From assembly GCA_947445775.1 (NCBI GenBank), contig CANFEB010000001.1, positions 80,484-144,483 on the forward strand: a DNA stretch of 64,000 nucleotides, in the 5' to 3' direction. A model generated the notes under the pieces. It ran no database searches. It saw only the letters and a program-made list of their open reading frames with translations, and had not been told where the DNA came from. This document shows, one piece after another, positions 20,457 through 30,417 of this stretch (position 1 is the first letter of the stretch; each line of letters begins with the position of its first letter). A program made the position numbers and the translations under genes. Source of the stretch: Oligoflexales bacterium. GTDB taxonomy: Bacteria; Bdellovibrionota_B; Oligoflexia; Oligoflexales; RGVZ01.

Positions 20457-22942
20457 TTACTTATTACGTCAAGGCGCCGCAAGTTCAGTGGCACCATGAT
20501 TCTGGAAGCAAGGCCTTGATCTTGGCGCCAGGCACTGTATTCGGCCCCCAACAACCACGCCTCAAAATCACGCAGCACGGGAAGTCCGGTCCGCATTTGT
20601 TGCAAGGACTGCAAGGCTTGACTGTGATCTGGATGGATCAACGTGGTCAGGCGTGCCAGCAATTGCCCCAAAAGAACCTGCGCCTCTTGATCGGTGAAGT
20701 TGCGGCTCTCTTGGGATAAATCTTGCCAGGCAATGCGTTCTTCGGCGGAGAGATCTCGCAACCACCGCGCAACCTTCGAGGTCTGAGCCTTGTATTCAGG
20801 GACTTGAGCCACTCGGGGAATCATCTCTGAAACAAATGAAGCCAGGCGTGTCACCTGCCAGTTCCAGGCACTGATGCCCAGGCGATGCCCCAAAATCACA
20901 TAGAGCAAACCCCAAGCAGATGCCGGAGCAACCTGCACAAACGGAGGCAACGCCACCCCGCCAAACCCAGCTTGTTCGTGAGAGAACCGGTAAAGTTTGG
21001 GGCTCGCCGGCAACCATTTAACAGCCTTCAATGCGCCGTCGACCTGGGTCTCGATCGACCCTGCAGGGGAAGAAATGGATTTCAGAATGCGCGCCCGGCT
21101 GTCAAAGAGGCTGAGCAACTCCGGCAGGCGTGGACCGATGCGCAACAAGGCGCGGAAAAACCTGGCCTCGCGCGGCGCAAGATTTGCCAGAACTGCAGGC
21201 TCGATTGTCGACAAGGGAGACGCTAAAAAAGGGCAGAACCCGCGCTTTTCTCCGGATATCTGGAGCGCATGATGCGCCGCGGGAACAAGCACCTGACGCA
21301 TCGACAATACCGTCGCCACGCGCCATGCCAGGTCGGTTGATTGGGTGGCGTTGGCCGACTGCCAGATGGAATCAAGATCATGATTGGTCAAACCAGCGAC
21401 TGCCGCCTTTTTGAGAATCGCCAGGCGACGGACATCGGGCGATTTTTTTTGGTTTGCAATTCGCTCAAGCTCGTTGAGAACGATCAGAGGCGTGCGCCAG
21501 CTCGTTTTCAAATAACTTTCAATATCGTGGGCACTGAACGAATCGGATTCGCCGGCAATGGTCAATTGCGCCAGCATGGAACGCTTCTCGCCATCACCAG
21601 CCAAGGCATGCCGGGAAACATGGTGCGTCGCGGCCCGTAGCAAATCACTCCAGCGAAATGGCAAGGCAAAGTCGGCATCTGCAGACACATTCATGATCAT
21701 GCGGCGACTCTTCCAAAGGGTCTCCTCATGGCCACTGCCGTGAGCAATATACTGATGAAGCAAGGCAACCCCATGCCACCAGGCATCAAGCAATCTCGTG
21801 GCGTCACCCTCGACTTTGAGGGGGCCCTGCCAGAGCGCAGCATCCAACGGCGCCGGATGAAACGTCAGTGCGTTCGTTTGGAGCGAGGCATAAAGCGCTG
21901 GCAATACGCCGGCGAGGTCGCGATTCAAGACAATCATTTCGGACAACTGCCCCCAAATTTCTGGCAGCTGCGGAAAATTGCCCAACACACCCTTGAGAAC
22001 TTCATTCAGGCGGGCACGTCCTGAATCGCGCGAACCTGCCGATTTTCGGGCTGCGGTTAGGCGCTTGTCGAGAACATCAAAGCGTTGTTGCCAAGTCCCT
22101 TCGGACATTTGGACTTCCAGGGGATCTGCCGCGGCGGCGGGGGTATCTTTTATCGTTTCATTGAGCATGGCAACGGCATCAGGATGGCGCTCGCTTGCGC
22201 GCGAAATCAAGCGGACTAGATCACGGACATCGAAGTCAAAACCAAGGTCCAGTGCAATCCGCGCAGCTTTCAAGACAACATCTTCGTAGGAATTTTCCTG
22301 ACCTGACTCAGAAATTTTGGAGGCTTCAAGAATTGCGGCCCGGTTGGCGCGGAAATACATGAATGCTGGGGATGGGTCAGATCCTCCGCTAAGAAAAAGA
22401 AAGATCACGAGACGCTCGGCGGGCAACAACTGGGCAGCATCCCGTGAACGAACGAGAGTTTCTGCGACTAAATCAAAACGTCCGGCACCCCACGCCATGG
22501 TGGCCAAGCGCTCGCGGACCGACGGGTGCAAGTGAAAATAATAGGCGAAGCGTCCTTCGCGCAAGGTCGCGGCTAGATCCAACAAATCCTGGCGGGTGCC
22601 GTGAATTGCACATAATTCAAGGAAATGCGCCGCCGAAATATCGGCTGGTGCAAGCATGAAAAGGTTCCAGGCGACCGGCTGGAGCTGCGGCCACCTTGCG
22701 CCAGAGTTAATCAGTGCAGACAACACCTTGCGGTGCTGGGCATCGGGCGAAGGTGCAGATGATGGCGAAGCAACTGTTGGTGCTGATGGCGGCGACGTGA
22801 TTATGGGTTGCGCTGCCCGTGGCTTTATTGCGGCCAAGCCGCGTTCAATAACCTCGGCCATCGGCGCACCATTGGCACGCGCCTCACGCAGGATGCGCGC
22901 AAACTGGGTGGCAGACATGTCGGGCTTGTCATGCAAAGGCAT
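20453..22942 (-). CDS. large hypothetical protein (829 aa, predicted helical, no recognised domain)
   Basis: Long uninterrupted ORF with no signal peptide and no motifs I recognise. Confidence 0.5.
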   Translation of the reverse strand: MPLHDKPDMSATQFARILREARANGAPMAEVIERGLAAIKPRAAQPIITSPPSAPTVASPSSAPSPDAQHRKVLSALINSGARWPQLQPVAWNLFMLAPADISAAHFLELCAIHGTRQDLLDLAATLREGRFAYYFHLHPSVRERLATMAWGAGRFDLVAETLVRSRDAAQLLPAERLVIFLFLSGGSDPSPAFMYFRANRAAILEASKISESGQENSYEDVVLKAARIALDLGFDFDVRDLVRLISRASERHPDAVAMLNETIKDTPAAAADPLEVQMSEGTWQQRFDVLDKRLTAARKSAGSRDSGRARLNEVLKGVLGNFPQLPEIWGQLSEMIVLNRDLAGVLPALYASLQTNALTFHPAPLDAALWQGPLKVEGDATRLLDAWWHGVALLHQYIAHGSGHEETLWKSRRMIMNVSADADFALPFRWSDLLRAATHHVSRHALAGDGEKRSMLAQLTIAGESDSFSAHDIESYLKTSWRTPLIVLNELERIANQKKSPDVRRLAILKKAAVAGLTNHDLDSIWQSANATQSTDLAWRVATVLSMRQVLVPAAHHALQISGEKRGFCPFLASPLSTIEPAVLANLAPREARFFRALLRIGPRLPELLSLFDSRARILKSISSPAGSIETQVDGALKAVKWLPASPKLYRFSHEQAGFGGVALPPFVQVAPASAWGLLYVILGHRLGISAWNWQVTRLASFVSEMIPRVAQVPEYKAQTSKVARWLRDLSAEERIAWQDLSQESRNFTDQEAQVLLGQLLARLTTLIHPDHSQALQSLQQMRTGLPVLRDFEAWLLGAEYSAWRQDQGLASRIMVPLNLRRLDVISK

Positions 22943-23096
22943 CCACCCTTTATTGGCGCAACCGCTCTTGGCGACTTAGACCGGTCTCGAGTTTAGTTTT
23001 CATGATATTTCTAGTTTACCATGAAAGCCGGATTATTCACGGTTGCGGCCGCCCCCCTGAGTCCGGTAGAATTCCTGAAACAAAAAGAGGCAAAAA

Positions 23097-23882
23097 ATGC
23101 TGCCATATCCGGACATTGACCCTGCAATCTTTACCATCGGCTGGTTTCAACTGCGGTGGTATTCCCTGATGTACATCATCGGCCTTGTTGCCTCGTTTCT
23201 ATTTCTACGGCGCGCGGCACGGAATGGCAGACTTCAGATGACCGACGAACAGATCGAAACCAGCCTCGTTTACGCGTTGATTGGAATGATCCTCGGTGCC
23301 CGCATCGCCTACGTCTTCATCTACAACTTCGATTACTACCGCAATCATTTGAGTGAAATGCTCATGATCTGGCAGGGTGGACTGTCATTCCACGGTGGTT
23401 TTGTCGGCTTGATCACAGGTCTGTTCATTTTTTGCCGCCTCAATAAAATCGAATACCTGAATGTTACCGACAACGTTGCTGCGATCATTCCCGTCGGCCT
23501 CGGTTTCGGCAGGCTTGGAAACTTCATCAACGGCGAATTGTGGGGGCGGGTAACGGATGTTCCCTGGGCGATGGTATTTCCAACTGGCGGACCACTTGCA
23601 CGGCATCCATCACAAATTTATGAGTCGTTTCTCGAAGGCTGGTTTTTGCTGGCACTGACGCTGTTCGTATACTCGCGAAAACCAAAAACCGGGGTGGTGT
23701 CAGCAACTTTTATCCTTGGTTATGCAAGCTTCAGATTCATTGGGGAATTTTTCCGCGAGCCCGACGCACAGCTCGGCACAGTCCTTGGTCCCTTTTCAAT
23801 GGGTCAGGTCCTGTGCGCCGTGATGTGGCTGTTTGGAGCTTTTATCTTTATGTTGTCCCAGTCAAAGACCCGGCGAGCCTGA
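23097..23882 (+). CDS. lgt: prolipoprotein diacylglyceryl transferase
   Basis: 261 aa. WQGGLSFHGGF and GRLGNFINGELWGR. Confidence 0.9.
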   Translation: MLPYPDIDPAIFTIGWFQLRWYSLMYIIGLVASFLFLRRAARNGRLQMTDEQIETSLVYALIGMILGARIAYVFIYNFDYYRNHLSEMLMIWQGGLSFHGGFVGLITGLFIFCRLNKIEYLNVTDNVAAIIPVGLGFGRLGNFINGELWGRVTDVPWAMVFPTGGPLARHPSQIYESFLEGWFLLALTLFVYSRKPKTGVVSATFILGYASFRFIGEFFREPDAQLGTVLGPFSMGQVLCAVMWLFGAFIFMLSQSKTRRA

Positions 23883-24800
23883 CGCGGGTGCTGGAGCAGC
23901 AACTGGCGCTGGCGCTGGAGCAGTAACTGGCGCGGATACTGGCGCTGGAGCAGTAACTGGCGCGGACGCCGGCGCAGCAACTGGCGCGACAGCCGGTTTT
24001 GCGGCCGGATCGACCGCACCCAAGGCAGCAGATTTAGCAGATTCCTTTTCAACGGGAAGATCATCTTTCGGCAGACCTTTGCAATCAGCAAATTCCTGCC
24101 GCAACGATGAGTTCATCTCCTTGAGCAAGTCGTATTCCTTGCCCGACCGAACCCGACCAAAATACTCACTCAACTTCACCGACTTATCGGCACTCATAGT
24201 TTCAAGGATCAACGTCACTTGCTTCTGACGCAGGCGCTTGAACATGGCAACCACGAGGTCGTCATCCATCTTTTCGAATACTGGGGCGGCCTTTTTTGGC
24301 TCCATCTTGTCGTACAACTGCACGAGTTTATCGAGGCGTTCGCCCTTCAAATCCTTTTCTTGCTGAATATTCTGGGCGAAAAACTTGCGTTCCTCCTCCA
24401 GACGTTTCAGCTTGCCGTCGATCGACTGTTCAAGACCCTGAAGTTGCTTTTCGCGTTTTCCAAGCAGCATGACTCGTTCATCGATTTGCTTTTTTTTGCG
24501 GTCCGCCATGGACAGATAGCGGGCCACGTCTTCTTTCTGCAACTTATCCCGATTAAGGGTCGGCAGCTCTAATAAATCATCGAGAAAACTTTTGCGACCA
24601 GCGTCAGCCGGCGCGGCGCCCTGCGCGCTGCCGCCACCTACTGGATCACCGCTGCCCGCAGCATGCAGGTCCGCCTCGCCAAAATGAAGATAGCCTGATT
24701 GGACTGCCAAAAAAACGCCCAGAAGACCGACCTTCGCGCCGGCAACCCATTTGATCCAGGCAGGAAACCCGCTGCGAGACTTTTCAAATACATGAATCAT
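23862..24800 (-). CDS. flagellar MotE/FlbB/YlxF-like protein (MgtE_N-type domain) with an Ala/Pro-rich tail
   Basis: KLVQLYDKMEPKKAAPVFEKMDDDLVVAMFKRLRQKQVTLILETMSADKS. Sits after fliJ, as ylxF does in fla operons. Its 3' end overlaps lgt by 21 nt. Confidence 0.65.
   Translation of the reverse strand: MIHVFEKSRSGFPAWIKWVAGAKVGLLGVFLAVQSGYLHFGEADLHAAGSGDPVGGGSAQGAAPADAGRKSFLDDLLELPTLNRDKLQKEDVARYLSMADRKKKQIDERVMLLGKREKQLQGLEQSIDGKLKRLEEERKFFAQNIQQEKDLKGERLDKLVQLYDKMEPKKAAPVFEKMDDDLVVAMFKRLRQKQVTLILETMSADKSVKLSEYFGRVRSGKEYDLLKEMNSSLRQEFADCKGLPKDDLPVEKESAKSAALGAVDPAAKPAVAPVAAPASAPVTAPAPVSAPVTAPAPAPVAAPAPASGSPGL
23887..23994. repeat. degenerate ~30-bp tandem array (2 near-perfect units plus partials)
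   Basis: GGCGCTGGAGCAGTAACTGGCGCGGA occurs at 23911 and 23941. Encodes (APVTAPAPVS)n in the MotE-like tail. Confidence 0.75.
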
Positions 24801-24806
24801 AATTCG

Positions 24807-25256
24807 TTACCTCGAATTCAAGAATCTACGGAGTGCAATGTCGTCATGGCCCTTTTGCTCATTGCGAGAAATTTCCTTTTTAAATCTTTCGCGATGGGTT
24901 TCCTGGAGTTTCTCTACCGCACTGAGTTCACGCTGGACAATGTTGACCCGCATCACTTGGGCCTGTTCAGCAAGGTCCGCCTCTTTGAGCCTCTGAAAAA
25001 AAACAAATAGAGTCTCACGTGCGTGATCAACGGCCGCCTCAAGAGCCAACAGCATCGGCCGTTCTACCGACTCGCGTTCCGCATTCAATCGCGTCACGCC
25101 GTTCAAATACTTTTGCTGCCAGGCCATCAATTCCGATTCCAACTTGACCTTCTCGCGCAAAATCGCTGCCAGTGCGACGGCTTCGGCATCTACCCGTGTT
25201 TTTTTTATGTCCAACACTGGCACGAGCCGGGCAATTTTTTTAAGATGCTTCTGCAT
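24807..25256 (-). CDS. fliJ: flagellar export chaperone FliJ
   Basis: 149-aa coiled-coil protein immediately downstream of fliI. Confidence 0.55.
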   Translation of the reverse strand: MQKHLKKIARLVPVLDIKKTRVDAEAVALAAILREKVKLESELMAWQQKYLNGVTRLNAERESVERPMLLALEAAVDHARETLFVFFQRLKEADLAEQAQVMRVNIVQRELSAVEKLQETHRERFKKEISRNEQKGHDDIALRRFLNSR

Positions 25257-25289
25257 TCAGCGTTTCCATCTTCAGCAACGAAATCAAAA

Positions 25290-26663
25290 TTACATTCGGC
25301 CAGCCAAAATCCCGCGCACCGCAACCAGTGCCTCATCAAAGGTCGAAACCTCATCGATATCCTGACGCAAAAAACGTTCAATCTGCGGCATCAATTGAAT
25401 GGCCAGATCAAGCTGAGGATTTGTTCCCTGCTGATACGTTCCGATCTGAATGTAATCGTAATTTTCTTCGTAAACACCCAACAGCGACCGCAGTTTGTTG
25501 GCGATCGCCCAATGATCCTTCGAAACAATGTCGAACATGACGCGGCTGGCACTTGTCGGGACATCGATAGCCGGAAAATGGCCCTTGGACGCCAAGGATC
25601 TTGACAGGTTGATGTGGCCATCAAGGATTGATCGGGCAGCATCTGGAATCGGGTCGTTGAAGTCATCGCCGTCGACAAGGACGGTATAAAGTCCACTGAT
25701 ACTTCCTGAGCCTTCTGGCATTGGCCCGCAACGCTCCAATAGTCTTGGCAGCAATGAAAACGTCGACGGCGGATAGCCCTTGGTCGTGGGCGGTTCACCG
25801 ACAGCTAGACCAATTTCACGTTGCGCCATGGCCACGCGGGTCAGAGAGTCCATCATCAATAGAACGCGTTTACCTTGAGCGGCAAAATACTCAGCGATTG
25901 CCGTCGTCAGCTTTGCCCCACGTAGGCGCATGAGGGGAGATTGATCTCCCGTCACCACCACCACCACAGATCGTGCCAGGCCCTCTGGGCCCAAATCGCG
26001 CTCAAGAAATTCCCTGACTTCCCGACCGCGCTCACCGATCAAACCAATCACGTTGATGTCGGCAGACGATCCCCGGGCAATCATGCCCATCAACACGGAT
26101 TTACCGACCCCAGAGCCGGACATGACGCCAATGCGCTGCCCCTCGCCAAAGGTCAAAAGACCATCCATGGCGCGAATGCCCAGGGTCAAGTGACGATCAA
26201 TCCTCTTTCGTTCCATCGGGTTAGGCGCCGCTCGATCCAACGGCACCGTGGCGCATGACCCCGGAATGGCCACCCCCAATTTTCCCGTGAGCGGTTGCGC
26301 CATCGGATCAATGACCTTACCAATAAGATGATCGCCAACCACAACATTGTCAAAACGGTGGATTGCGGTCACGGCGCAACCAGGAGCAATGCCGCCAAGG
26401 TTGTTGTAGGGTAAAATCAGAGAACGATCCCCGTGGAAGCCGACCACTTCACCCAAAACCTCTCCCTGTTGGCCACCAATGGCAATGGAGACAATCGTCC
26501 CCAACTGAGATCCGGGCAAAAAAGCCTCAATGACGGTACCGACAACATCGCAAACCTTGCCGCGGGGATCCCAGTTGATATGGGAAAATGAACGGGCCAG
26601 ATCACCCCGAGAAAATTGCCGCAGATTCACTGAATTTTTTGCGCTGTCTTCCACTGGCATCAA
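25290..26663 (-). CDS. fliI: flagellum-specific ATPase FliI
   Basis: Walker A GSGVGKSVLMGMI and Walker B LLMMDSLTR. ATGA overlap with fliH. Confidence 0.95.
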   Translation of the reverse strand: MMPVEDSAKNSVNLRQFSRGDLARSFSHINWDPRGKVCDVVGTVIEAFLPGSQLGTIVSIAIGGQQGEVLGEVVGFHGDRSLILPYNNLGGIAPGCAVTAIHRFDNVVVGDHLIGKVIDPMAQPLTGKLGVAIPGSCATVPLDRAAPNPMERKRIDRHLTLGIRAMDGLLTFGEGQRIGVMSGSGVGKSVLMGMIARGSSADINVIGLIGERGREVREFLERDLGPEGLARSVVVVVTGDQSPLMRLRGAKLTTAIAEYFAAQGKRVLLMMDSLTRVAMAQREIGLAVGEPPTTKGYPPSTFSLLPRLLERCGPMPEGSGSISGLYTVLVDGDDFNDPIPDAARSILDGHINLSRSLASKGHFPAIDVPTSASRVMFDIVSKDHWAIANKLRSLLGVYEENYDYIQIGTYQQGTNPQLDLAIQLMPQIERFLRQDIDEVSTFDEALVAVRGILAGRM

Positions 26664-27964
26664 CTCGCTTTCCCGGTCTTATCGTCTTTGGCAAACAACG
26701 TGACATCGGCCTGGCTGAGAAGATTCTTCACCATCTTTTTTGCCTGGACATCCACCACACTCAACTGGGATTCGAGGCGGAATTCCCACGGAGCAATATT
26801 TTGGTCCTTAACCAAGTGAGTTTCCAGATCCTTGATGCCAGCTTTTGCCATGGCGTCAGCCGTTTCTGGATTCACGCGAATTTTGAACTGGTCGCCCTTA
26901 ACAGTTTCCGAGACGGCCTTACGCATGATCGTTGCAAATGAATCTGGGCGGATCTCGAATTCGCGCTCCAAAAGCGCCTCGCCCATGGCCTGGCAAAGAT
27001 CAAAAAAGTTCTGCTGAACATTGTCCAGAATCTGACCTTTCAAGGACTCAAACTCCCGGATCAACTCGGTAGCCCGACCGAAAAACTGACTAGCAGTCTG
27101 ACGCGCGCCTAATTCACCCTTTTCCTCGCCAGTTCTGAAACCCGTCTGATAGCCTTCCTGGAACCCCGCGTCCTGTCCGGTTTTACGTCCCTCTTGTTCG
27201 GCAGCATCCTTGGCCTCGGCCACAGCCTTAGCCATCTCGCCCTCCATCTCCTTACGGACTTTCCAGGCTTCGGCCGCCGTCTTCTCAACCGTGTTTGCCG
27301 ATTCACCTTCGCCACCAGAAGTTGCGAGAGGAATGAAGGAACCTGATCCCACGGCTGTGGTTTTCGTCTTTTCATCGCGATTGATGCGAAATGATCCTGC
27401 CTCGCGCTCGAGCGAGGTAACCTCCTGGCGGGGGGTATCCGAAGCCTCTTTCGCACCCTCAGCGGTCTCGGACCAGCCATCTACCGCTGATGTCGCGGCA
27501 GTGGATGGCGCAGCCTCGGATGATGATGCCCCAAAATCCTGTGGGCTCGCATGGCCCGCCGAATCACCCTCACCAAAGATCATTGCAAGCTGGCGCTGGC
27601 CCTCGTCACTAAGTTCCATGGCGTCGTCACCTCGTCCTATCCGGCGCCGCCGACCGGTTGAGGGAGAAATGGCGTCACTCCATTCCGGCGTAAAATCGAC
27701 CGGCTTGATGATAAACCGGTCGCCGTCTTGCGACTTCAACGCCTGATCAAATTTTGGATGCACCAAGACCGTTTTCTTCAAATCCGCATCGGTGTGCAGG
27801 CGGGCATGAATGATGGTCGAGTCCTCATTGTCAAATGAGGCCATGGGTGTCGGGCAGATCTCTTCAAACGAATAAGCGACCACCGCAACATGTTTGATTA
27901 ACCGGTCATTGGCCTTGATGAAGCGGCCCGCTCGTTTTTGACCATCCGTGTTCATCGTTGCCAT
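26660..27964 (-). CDS. fliH: flagellar assembly protein FliH with a ~230-aa N-terminal extension
   Basis: C-terminal ~200 aa: GFQEGYQTGFRTGEEKG...FKIRVNPETADAM...RLESQLSVVDVQAKKMVKNLL. ATG at 27964 (M4 of the ORF). Confidence 0.65.
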   Translation of the reverse strand: MATMNTDGQKRAGRFIKANDRLIKHVAVVAYSFEEICPTPMASFDNEDSTIIHARLHTDADLKKTVLVHPKFDQALKSQDGDRFIIKPVDFTPEWSDAISPSTGRRRRIGRGDDAMELSDEGQRQLAMIFGEGDSAGHASPQDFGASSSEAAPSTAATSAVDGWSETAEGAKEASDTPRQEVTSLEREAGSFRINRDEKTKTTAVGSGSFIPLATSGGEGESANTVEKTAAEAWKVRKEMEGEMAKAVAEAKDAAEQEGRKTGQDAGFQEGYQTGFRTGEEKGELGARQTASQFFGRATELIREFESLKGQILDNVQQNFFDLCQAMGEALLEREFEIRPDSFATIMRKAVSETVKGDQFKIRVNPETADAMAKAGIKDLETHLVKDQNIAPWEFRLESQLSVVDVQAKKMVKNLLSQADVTLFAKDDKTGKAS

Positions 27965-27969
27965 GATGA

Positions 27970-29586
27970 TCAAGCCCCCTGGTTAGGAGTAAGGATCATT
28001 CTGATGGCCTCAACGGTCCGCTTGGGATCGTTCTTGGCCACGTACATGATTTGGTCTTGAGGCGTCATTTTATCAAAAGGCACTTCTTCTTTAACGTGGA
28101 GCGACTGGACCATGGACTGCTCTAGATCGGGCCTGTACTCCTCGATCACGGTGGCCTGGTGTTTGCGTTCATTATCGTAAGTCAACCAGCGGAAGTAGGG
28201 GCGTACTATAAAGGCAAAAAACAGAATCAACGAAACAGCAACCGCTATTGAAGTCGCAATGGTCGAGAAATATTCCCGCTTTTCTTGCGTCTCCATTGAG
28301 ATGACCTGGCGCTGTGCATTGTCGAGCTGAAACATCATGTTGGAAACTTGAACTTCATCGCGACCGTCTTTGAATCCCATGGCGCGCTTGACTAGTTCTT
28401 CAAGCTTTTTCATTTCCTCATCTGATCGCGGGTCAAATGCCGGTTTTACCCCATCACCAATAACCTCTTGTTTTCCGTCAACTAGAACTGCCGCTGTAAG
28501 GCGCCGAACGGTTCCAACAGGCATCAGCTTTTTGCTGACAGTCTTGGAGACTTCAAAGTTCACAAGTTCAGAGTCACGTTTATTTGAGGACGAATTTCCC
28601 GAACTGGACGGGGTTTCTTGTTCTCCCGGAACGTTGGACTTGCTTCCCGGAATGCCGGTCGGATTTAGCCCAGCCCCTTGCATGGCTTCCCCCGATGTGT
28701 TCCGGGAAACCACCGCTGTCTTGTCAGGGTCAACATCAGAGATGGTTTGCTCTTCTTGGGTAAAATCCACGGTGGCATCCACCTTGGCATCCACGCGGTC
28801 GTGACCAACGACCTTGCCAACGATGGAACGAATTTTTTCCTCGATCTCCCGTTCGACGGCCTGCTTATAGGCCAGCATTTCTTTGGTCATCTTGGTGGCA
28901 AAGTCCTCGGATTCAATCTTGGTCAGGAGCTTTCCCTCCTGATCGATAATGGAAATATTGTTGGGCTTAAGGCCCTCTACCGCCCGGGAAACAAGATGCT
29001 GGATGCCCCGAATTTGCTTTTCTTCAAGGGAAGATCCCCGTTTGCTCTTGATGTAGACAGACGCCGTGGGTTCTTTTTGCTCCTGCACAAACACCGATTG
29101 CTTTGGCAAGACAATATGCACGCGCGCCGAGTTGATGCCGTCAATTGACATTATGGTCCGAGATAGTTCACCTTGAATGGCCCTAAGCCGGTTGATCTGC
29201 TGTTCGAATTCTGTTCGGGCAAACTCTTGTTTGTCAAATTTTTCCCAGCCGACTACGCCATGCGCCGGAAGGCCTTCTTGGGAAAGTTGCAGGCGCAGGC
29301 TAAGTACGCGCTCTCTGGGGACCTTAACACCCTTGGAATCAACGACAAAATCATTGACCCCATTGCGCTTGAAGTGTTCCACGATGGCCTGAGAGTCCTC
29401 GGCGCTTAGGTCGATAAAAACATACTCGTACGGATCCTCACGCCCGGTGATCAAAAGCCCGGCCATAACCGCGAGCAACGCTGCCGCAATGACCCCGACG
29501 GTCATTTTGCGGGGCATTGACTGCGCATTCCAGAACGCGCTCGTCTGGGCCCAAACTTTGATGATGAAATCGCGAAGATTATTCAC
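27970..29586 (-). CDS. fliF: flagellar M-ring protein FliF
   Basis: 538 aa with an N-terminal TM segment, a YscJ/FliF-like region (LSAEDSQAIVEHFKRNGV...) and a C-terminal TM. Confidence 0.85.
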   Translation of the reverse strand: MNNLRDFIIKVWAQTSAFWNAQSMPRKMTVGVIAAALLAVMAGLLITGREDPYEYVFIDLSAEDSQAIVEHFKRNGVNDFVVDSKGVKVPRERVLSLRLQLSQEGLPAHGVVGWEKFDKQEFARTEFEQQINRLRAIQGELSRTIMSIDGINSARVHIVLPKQSVFVQEQKEPTASVYIKSKRGSSLEEKQIRGIQHLVSRAVEGLKPNNISIIDQEGKLLTKIESEDFATKMTKEMLAYKQAVEREIEEKIRSIVGKVVGHDRVDAKVDATVDFTQEEQTISDVDPDKTAVVSRNTSGEAMQGAGLNPTGIPGSKSNVPGEQETPSSSGNSSSNKRDSELVNFEVSKTVSKKLMPVGTVRRLTAAVLVDGKQEVIGDGVKPAFDPRSDEEMKKLEELVKRAMGFKDGRDEVQVSNMMFQLDNAQRQVISMETQEKREYFSTIATSIAVAVSLILFFAFIVRPYFRWLTYDNERKHQATVIEEYRPDLEQSMVQSLHVKEEVPFDKMTPQDQIMYVAKNDPKRTVEAIRMILTPNQGA

Positions 29587-29597
29587 TGGTCACTCCG

Positions 29598-29951
29598 TCA
29601 GACAGGCATCCGCATAACTTCTTGGTACGCTTCAAGGGCACGATTTCTGACTTGGACCATGAGATTGAAGGTCAGCTCTGCCGTCGATGTGGCGAGCATG
29701 GCCTCATGCAGATTCTCAGACTTTCCCGTAGCCACCGCCGTGGTCATCTTGTCTGCTGTCTTGGCACTTTCATTGACCTCAGAGACGCGGGCTTGCAACT
29801 GGTCAAAAAAAGACATTTTTCCGGTGGAAGCCGGAGTGTCCTGCTGAACAGGGGACGGCATGCCCGTCGTTGGACCTTCGCGACGGATTTCATTGAACCT
29901 CGCGAACAGGTCTTCTGCTGCTTTCGCTGAAATTGACATTTGTGAAGCCAT
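29598..29951 (-). CDS. fliE: flagellar hook-basal body protein FliE
   Basis: 117 aa. C-terminus TAELTFNLMVQVRNRALEAYQEVMRMPV. Confidence 0.75.
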   Translation of the reverse strand: MASQMSISAKAAEDLFARFNEIRREGPTTGMPSPVQQDTPASTGKMSFFDQLQARVSEVNESAKTADKMTTAVATGKSENLHEAMLATSTAELTFNLMVQVRNRALEAYQEVMRMPV

Positions 29952-29973
29952 GTCAGTCCTCCATCATTTCGGA

Positions 29974-30417
29974 TCAACGACCAATTTCCAGAGCCTTCAT
30001 CGCCATTTGCTTGGTTTCATTCAATGCGGTTGCATTCGCCTCATAGGCGCGCGTTGCCGAAATCATGTTCACCATTTCACTCATCACTTGAACGTTGGGC
30101 ATTTCAACGTAGCCATCAAGATCTGCATCTGGGTGCGACGGATCAAGAACCCGTCTCGGTGCGCCTTGATCCTGGTGGATTCCCGTCACTTGCACTTTGG
30201 CAAGCTTTGCATTGTAGGTTCCATCAAGGTAATCGCCGAACTGATCGCCCGTCGGTTTTGCCGTAAAAATAACGTCGCGGCGGCGATAGGCTCCGCCCTC
30301 TTCCGTGCGAGTCGTTTGGGCATTTGCCAGGTTAGTGCTTAATACGTTCATGCGCAGGCGTTGCGCCGACAGTGCGGACGAGCTAATCGCCATCGACTTG
30401 AAGGTGCTCATGCTCAA
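29974..30417 (-). CDS. flgC: flagellar basal-body rod protein FlgC
   Basis: LSAQRLRMNVLSTNLANAQTT; 147 aa. Confidence 0.9.
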   Translation of the reverse strand: MSMSTFKSMAISSSALSAQRLRMNVLSTNLANAQTTRTEEGGAYRRRDVIFTAKPTGDQFGDYLDGTYNAKLAKVQVTGIHQDQGAPRRVLDPSHPDADLDGYVEMPNVQVMSEMVNMISATRAYEANATALNETKQMAMKALEIGR

